In this document: piece after piece, positions 58,364-62,068 of the stretch
How positions within the stretch are numbered: the stretch's first letter is position 1
How the letters are laid out: each line of letters begins with the position of its first letter
The notes under the pieces: model-generated
Database searches by the model: none
Seen by the model: only the letters and a program-made list of their open reading frames with translations
What the model was told of the DNA's origin: nothing
Assembly (NCBI GenBank): GCA_002070735.1
Contig: MWDX01000014.1
Coordinates: 1 to 62,068, forward strand
DNA: 62,068 nt
Source: Parcubacteria group bacterium ADurb.Bin115
Lineage (GTDB): Bacteria > Patescibacteriota > Patescibacteriia > Patescibacteriales > UBA12465
Direction of reading: 5' to 3'
Translations under genes and position numbers: made by a program

Positions 58364-58570
58364 ACGCGCGCCGTCCCACTACCGCGAGACCTTCTGAACT
58401 CAAAAATTCGCAGAATTTTTGCCACGCCCTGCGGGCTTTCACTTCGTTCAGGACGCCTAACAGCGATTAACAGGGAAATTCCTGCGAAATTTTCCTGAAT
58501 TCTGCTTCGCAGAACTTCTGTTAATCGCAATGTTATATTCAATCAGGGATCGGCTTAGAAAAGCGCGCGT
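58364..58570 (+). repeat. GC-rich nested-hairpin element, copy B (full length, about 207 nt), including an attC-like 84-nt imperfect palindrome
   Basis: Closing stem ACGCGCGC (58364-58371) / GCGCGCGT (58563-58570). TGAACTCA (58395-58402). Hairpin AAAAATTC-GCA-GAATTTTT (58402-58420). GCCTAAC (58455-58461). GCGATTAACAG (58463-58473) pairs with CTGTTAATCGC (58518-58528). Inner hairpin TTCTGC-TTC-GCAGAA. Confidence 0.6.
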
Positions 58571-58606
58571 AAAGAGTAAATTTAATAAATTCATTTAAAT
58601 ATTATT

Positions 58607-59329
58607 ATGAAGAACAAAGAATTTTTTTATCTGCAATATAATAAAGTAAATTGGCAGAATCAAGAAAAAACAAAAATCAATTCTTTTGTAGATAATTTTA
58701 TTATCCAAAATATCATTTCAAAGAAAGAAGGAGATGAAATTAAAATTTTTGATATTGGTTTTGGTATTGGTTTTTTTCTTCGGATGTTGCAAAAAAATTT
58801 ATCCAAATCTTTCAAAACCATAATTCTTGAGGGTTGCGAACCTTCTCGCAAGAATTATAAATATTTCAAATCAAAACCATTAAATCTAAAGAACACAAGA
58901 CTTAGAGTTTTCAATAAAACTTTTCTTCAAACAAATACAGATACAAAATTTGATTTTCTGACGGCGATATATGTTTTTACCCATTTTGCATCCGATGAGT
59001 TAAATGATGTCGCCCAAAAAATAAATTCAATGCTGAACAATGAAGGCAAACTTATTTTAGTAGTTGCTAATGAAAAGTATTTAGAAGAAAAACTAAAATC
59101 CAAAAAAGATCTTTTCATTGAAAGAAACATATTTGAATTTGACAACCAGAAATATAAAGAAGTTCTTCATTATTCAGAGATTCCACAGATTGGCACTATC
59201 ATAGATTATAATAGAGAAGAAAAGTTTTATCCTGATTTATTCAAGAGGCATGGTTTTAATTTAGACTCAAAGAAAGATTTAGACGATAATGGATTTATAT
59301 GTACGATTTTTGTTTTTTCAAAAAGATAG
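58607..59329 (+). CDS. Class I SAM-dependent methyltransferase-like protein
   Basis: IKIFDIGFGIGFFL (motif I-like), FDFLTAIYVFTHF, MLNNEGKLILVV. Confidence 0.7.
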   Translation: MKNKEFFYLQYNKVNWQNQEKTKINSFVDNFIIQNIISKKEGDEIKIFDIGFGIGFFLRMLQKNLSKSFKTIILEGCEPSRKNYKYFKSKPLNLKNTRLRVFNKTFLQTNTDTKFDFLTAIYVFTHFASDELNDVAQKINSMLNNEGKLILVVANEKYLEEKLKSKKDLFIERNIFEFDNQKYKEVLHYSEIPQIGTIIDYNREEKFYPDLFKRHGFNLDSKKDLDDNGFICTIFVFSKR

Positions 59330-59607
59330 TCGTGCGCCAAGAAATAGGAAGAGCCAACGATATAAAAGAAATAATTGAGGAAGAATTACAATCAACTTTG
59401 TTTGATTTTTCTGATTTTGAATGGGCAAAAGAATACATTTTTGATGTTGTTGTGAGATAAAAAATAAATTTTAAATTTCTAGTTTCGCCCAAATTTTTGT
59501 TCCATTTCATTGTGCAAAAACTTTGCATATTCGTAAGCGTTAGACAAAATTGATTTTCGGGTGCCAATAGATATTTTTATAAATTGAATCTACTTACAAA
59601 TATAATT

Positions 59608-60411
59608 ATGTATAGACCTTGTAAAATGAATGTTGATAAAAATAGTAAAAAGGTTGTATTTGAATTAACAACATATTGTAATTTAGATTGCCGCCACTGT
59701 ATTTATAGTATTTCAAATAAACCCTATTCTTCTAATTTTCTTTCAAGAAAAGAGGCATATAGTCTGATTGATAAAATTTCCAAAAAGAAGATATACAAAC
59801 TTGTTTTAACGGGAGGGGAGCCAACGTTACACCCTGACTTCATTGATATTTCTAAATACGCAATTTCAAAAATTCCAAAAGTTTCTCTTTGTACTAATGG
59901 CGTTATCTTGAATAAGAGTTTAGAAAATAAAGTGGTTAATTTAAATTTCTCAACTTATACTATTAGCATAGATTCTCATATTGATAAAATCCATGATAAA
60001 ATTAGAGGGAAGAAAGGGGCATTACAAAAAACACTTGGTTTTATAAAAAAGCTTAAATCAAAAAACAAAAACATATCTATTCATATCGCACTCCATCCAG
60101 AAAATGTTGATGCAATGAAAGATACTATTAAATTTTGTAAAGGTCTTGCGCCAGAAGTGGTCATAAGTTCAATTTATCATTATGATAAAATATATACGAA
60201 TTTAAATACAATAAAAGATTACAAGTTAATGTCAAAAAAGTTTTATGAAAAATATAAAAATAATCCCGAGGTTACCCTTGTTGGCTTTAAAACATTTTGC
60301 ACAAATAAAGATTGTTTAGATCAAAAAAATATTTTTATGGTTAATAGCAAGGGCGAACTAGTAACATGTTATTGGAAGAAAAATGGGGGTAAAGTAGTTA
60401 AAAAATATTAA
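59608..60411 (+). CDS. Radical SAM enzyme (MoaA/NifB/PqqE-like core), substrate unknown
   Basis: ELTTYCNLDCRHCIY (CxxxCxxC), LVLTGGEPTL, a CTNG motif, and extra C-terminal Cys residues (FCTNKDCLD...TCYW). ATG at 59608 preferred over TTG at 59584. Confidence 0.8.
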   Translation: MYRPCKMNVDKNSKKVVFELTTYCNLDCRHCIYSISNKPYSSNFLSRKEAYSLIDKISKKKIYKLVLTGGEPTLHPDFIDISKYAISKIPKVSLCTNGVILNKSLENKVVNLNFSTYTISIDSHIDKIHDKIRGKKGALQKTLGFIKKLKSKNKNISIHIALHPENVDAMKDTIKFCKGLAPEVVISSIYHYDKIYTNLNTIKDYKLMSKKFYEKYKNNPEVTLVGFKTFCTNKDCLDQKNIFMVNSKGELVTCYWKKNGGKVVKKY

Positions 60412-60434
60412 TTTATATAATTTGATAATTTATT

Positions 60435-61514
60435 ATGGAGATTAAAGATAAATATTTATTTTCAAATGTGCATGATTTTGAGTATATCAAAAAGGTTTTG
60501 TTAAATAAGAAACTTTCTGGTACGGCGGATATTGTTAATGAATATGAACTAAAACTGGCTAATTTTTTTAATTCAAAATTTGCTGTCGCCACTTCTTCTG
60601 GTACTTCAGCGATACAAACTGCTCTTTTCGCTGCTGGTGTTAATCAAGGAGATGATGTAATAGTATCTTCTACATGCCCAGTAATGTCTGTTTTTCCAAT
60701 AATACAATCAGGTGCCAATATAATCTTCTGCGATACTGTAAAAGATAATTTTGGATTAAGTGTTAATGAAATAGAAACATTAATAACATCTAAAACAAAA
60801 GCGGTAATTGAGGTGCCTATGTGGGGCTATCCTACTAATGTAAAAGAGTTGCAGCGGGTTCTTAAATCTAAAAATATTCCATTAATATTGGATTTAGCCC
60901 AAGCACACGGAACGAAACTGAATAATCACTATTTATCATATTACGGAGATATTTCTTGCTTTAGTACGCATGATAGAAAAATTCTTGCAACCGGCGAAGG
61001 TGGTTTCCTCCTGACAAATAATGAAAACTATTATAACAAATCAAAAAGTTTCATTGCTTTTGGAAATATGAATACCATTGATTATGGGCTTAACTTTAAA
61101 CTCGGAGCTTTACAGGCAGCATTAGGGTTAAATAGAATTGACTATATTTCCAAACAATTAAAAATAAGAAAAAGCAATGCCCAGTATATAAAAGATGGTC
61201 TGGAGCATCCTCAAATAAGTGAATTAGCTATAATTGAGAAGGGAGAACCTAATTATTATACCTTGTTATTAAAACTAAATTTGGAGGATACTCATAAATT
61301 TATTGATTATCTATCTGACAAAGGAATTCCTTCAGATATAATTAGATACAATTGCAAGGTATTGTATAAATATCCCATACTAAGTAAATTTAAAAGAGTT
61401 TGTCCAAATTCCGAGAAGCTTTTACAAAGTATCACTACAATTCCGGTCCATCCGGGGCTTAAGAGACATGAAATTGACTACATAATTTCCACAATAAATA
61501 ATTTCAGGTATTAA
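60435..61514 (+). CDS. DegT/DnrJ/EryC1/StrS-family PLP-dependent aminotransferase
   Basis: ATSSGTSAIQTALFA, ILDLAQAHG and FSTHDRKILATGEGGFL, with the Schiff-base Lys in the family-typical context. Confidence 0.88.
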   Translation: MEIKDKYLFSNVHDFEYIKKVLLNKKLSGTADIVNEYELKLANFFNSKFAVATSSGTSAIQTALFAAGVNQGDDVIVSSTCPVMSVFPIIQSGANIIFCDTVKDNFGLSVNEIETLITSKTKAVIEVPMWGYPTNVKELQRVLKSKNIPLILDLAQAHGTKLNNHYLSYYGDISCFSTHDRKILATGEGGFLLTNNENYYNKSKSFIAFGNMNTIDYGLNFKLGALQAALGLNRIDYISKQLKIRKSNAQYIKDGLEHPQISELAIIEKGEPNYYTLLLKLNLEDTHKFIDYLSDKGIPSDIIRYNCKVLYKYPILSKFKRVCPNSEKLLQSITTIPVHPGLKRHEIDYIISTINNFRY

Positions 61515-61516
61515 AT

Positions 61517-62011
61517 ATGGTATTTAATAAGAATAACGTAGAAAAACATTTTACCGCCTCTGCCTTAATTATTAATAAAGAAAAGAAGGTATTATTAGTT
61601 AATCACCGAAAGTTAGGTGTCTGGCTTTATCCCGGAGGACATGTTGAATGGAATGAAACTCCAGATGAAACAGTTGTGCGGGAAGTTAAAGAAGAAACTG
61701 GTTTGAATGTGGAAATAATTAGTGACCGGGACAGTACCTTGTCTGATCTAGAAGCAGATGTTTCCGTGCTGCACCATCCTTATGTTATACTATGTGAAAA
61801 AATAAATGGAGATAACCAACATTATCATCTTGATTTGATTTATTTATGTAAAATAGAGAATGAAGAAAACAGTGAGCTACATTATAACCCTAAAGAATCA
61901 TCTGATATTAGATTTTTCAGTTTAGAAGATTTAAATAATATAAATTTATTTCCTAATTTTAGAAAATTACTTGAGAAAATATTAAAACAAAAAGTACCCA
62001 CTGAAGAATAG
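61517..62011 (+). CDS. Nudix hydrolase with a canonical Nudix box
   Basis: GGHVEWNETPDETVVREVKEETGL fits G-x5-E-x7-REUxEExGU. Confidence 0.88.
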   Translation: MVFNKNNVEKHFTASALIINKEKKVLLVNHRKLGVWLYPGGHVEWNETPDETVVREVKEETGLNVEIISDRDSTLSDLEADVSVLHHPYVILCEKINGDNQHYHLDLIYLCKIENEENSELHYNPKESSDIRFFSLEDLNNINLFPNFRKLLEKILKQKVPTEE

Positions 62012-62068
62012 GCATATGTGGGATGTGTGAATTAATTCTGTGTAAAGATATTTAAAATATTATATAAT

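Noticed and set aside
58351-58542. 63-aa ORF on the minus strand, Arg/Ser-rich
   Set aside because: It lies inside the GC-rich nested-hairpin element. The open frame is best explained by the base composition and palindromes, not by coding.
59330-59545. Possible attC site after the second methyltransferase, ending at GTTAGAC (59539-59545)
   Set aside because: I found no convincing RYYYAAC partner or L''/L' pairing upstream. There is only AACG/CGTT plus short AT pairs with large bulges. A lone GTTRRRY heptamer is expected by chance at this scale. It is kept only as a supporting remark under the integron-like finding.
59295-59567. 90-aa ORF on the minus strand between the second methyltransferase and the radical SAM gene
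   Set aside because: It is antisense to the surrounding same-strand gene string, has no start context, and its sequence is low-complexity. Probably spurious.

Overview
62-kb window from a small-genome, fairly AT-rich bacterium that uses the standard genetic code. Short HrcA, fused housekeeping genes, GT-C type membrane glycosyltransferases and many orphan envelope proteins suggest Candidate Phyla Radiation / Patescibacteria; this is an inference, not a search result. Most of the window is core housekeeping. It holds a CIRCE-controlled hrcA-grpE-hsp20-dnaK-dnaJ operon and a CIRCE-controlled groES-groEL, and a complete F1Fo ATP synthase operon. It also holds peptidoglycan and envelope genes (PBP2, MltG, MurA, UppP, CapA, three GT2 genes plus GalU) and tRNA-modification and translation genes (miaB, miaA, gatB, rplU). 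There is a dnaB-ybaB-recR operon, a minus-strand dTTP-synthesis operon (dCMP deaminase, thyA, DHFR-like, P-loop kinase, tmk-dut fusion), an OmpR/HK two-component system and two tRNAs (Thr-UGU, Lys-UUU). No rRNA and no CRISPR array were seen. Two visibly AT-richer accessory blocks sit at the window ends (about 160-2460 and about 56600-62068). The right block is the best candidate for something new. It has a heavily decayed tyrosine recombinase next to tRNA-Lys, divergent from cassette-like ORFs. These encode two methyltransferases, a radical SAM enzyme, a DegT-type aminotransferase and a Nudix hydrolase. Interspersed is a family of GC-rich nested-hairpin elements that carry integron-core-like GTTAGGC/GCCTAAC sites and an attC-like 84-nt imperfect palindrome. 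Other notable items: a DUF1653-Nudix(degenerate)-GrpE triple fusion; a Tmk-Dut fusion; an isoprenoid-synthase-like ORF translationally coupled to the histidine kinase; a central trio of very large envelope proteins (DUF3160-like plus two GT-C-like membrane proteins); and a 64-nt intergenic element present twice with a compensatory stem substitution. All calls come from reading the translations and the DNA by eye. No database search, tRNA scanner or folding program was run.
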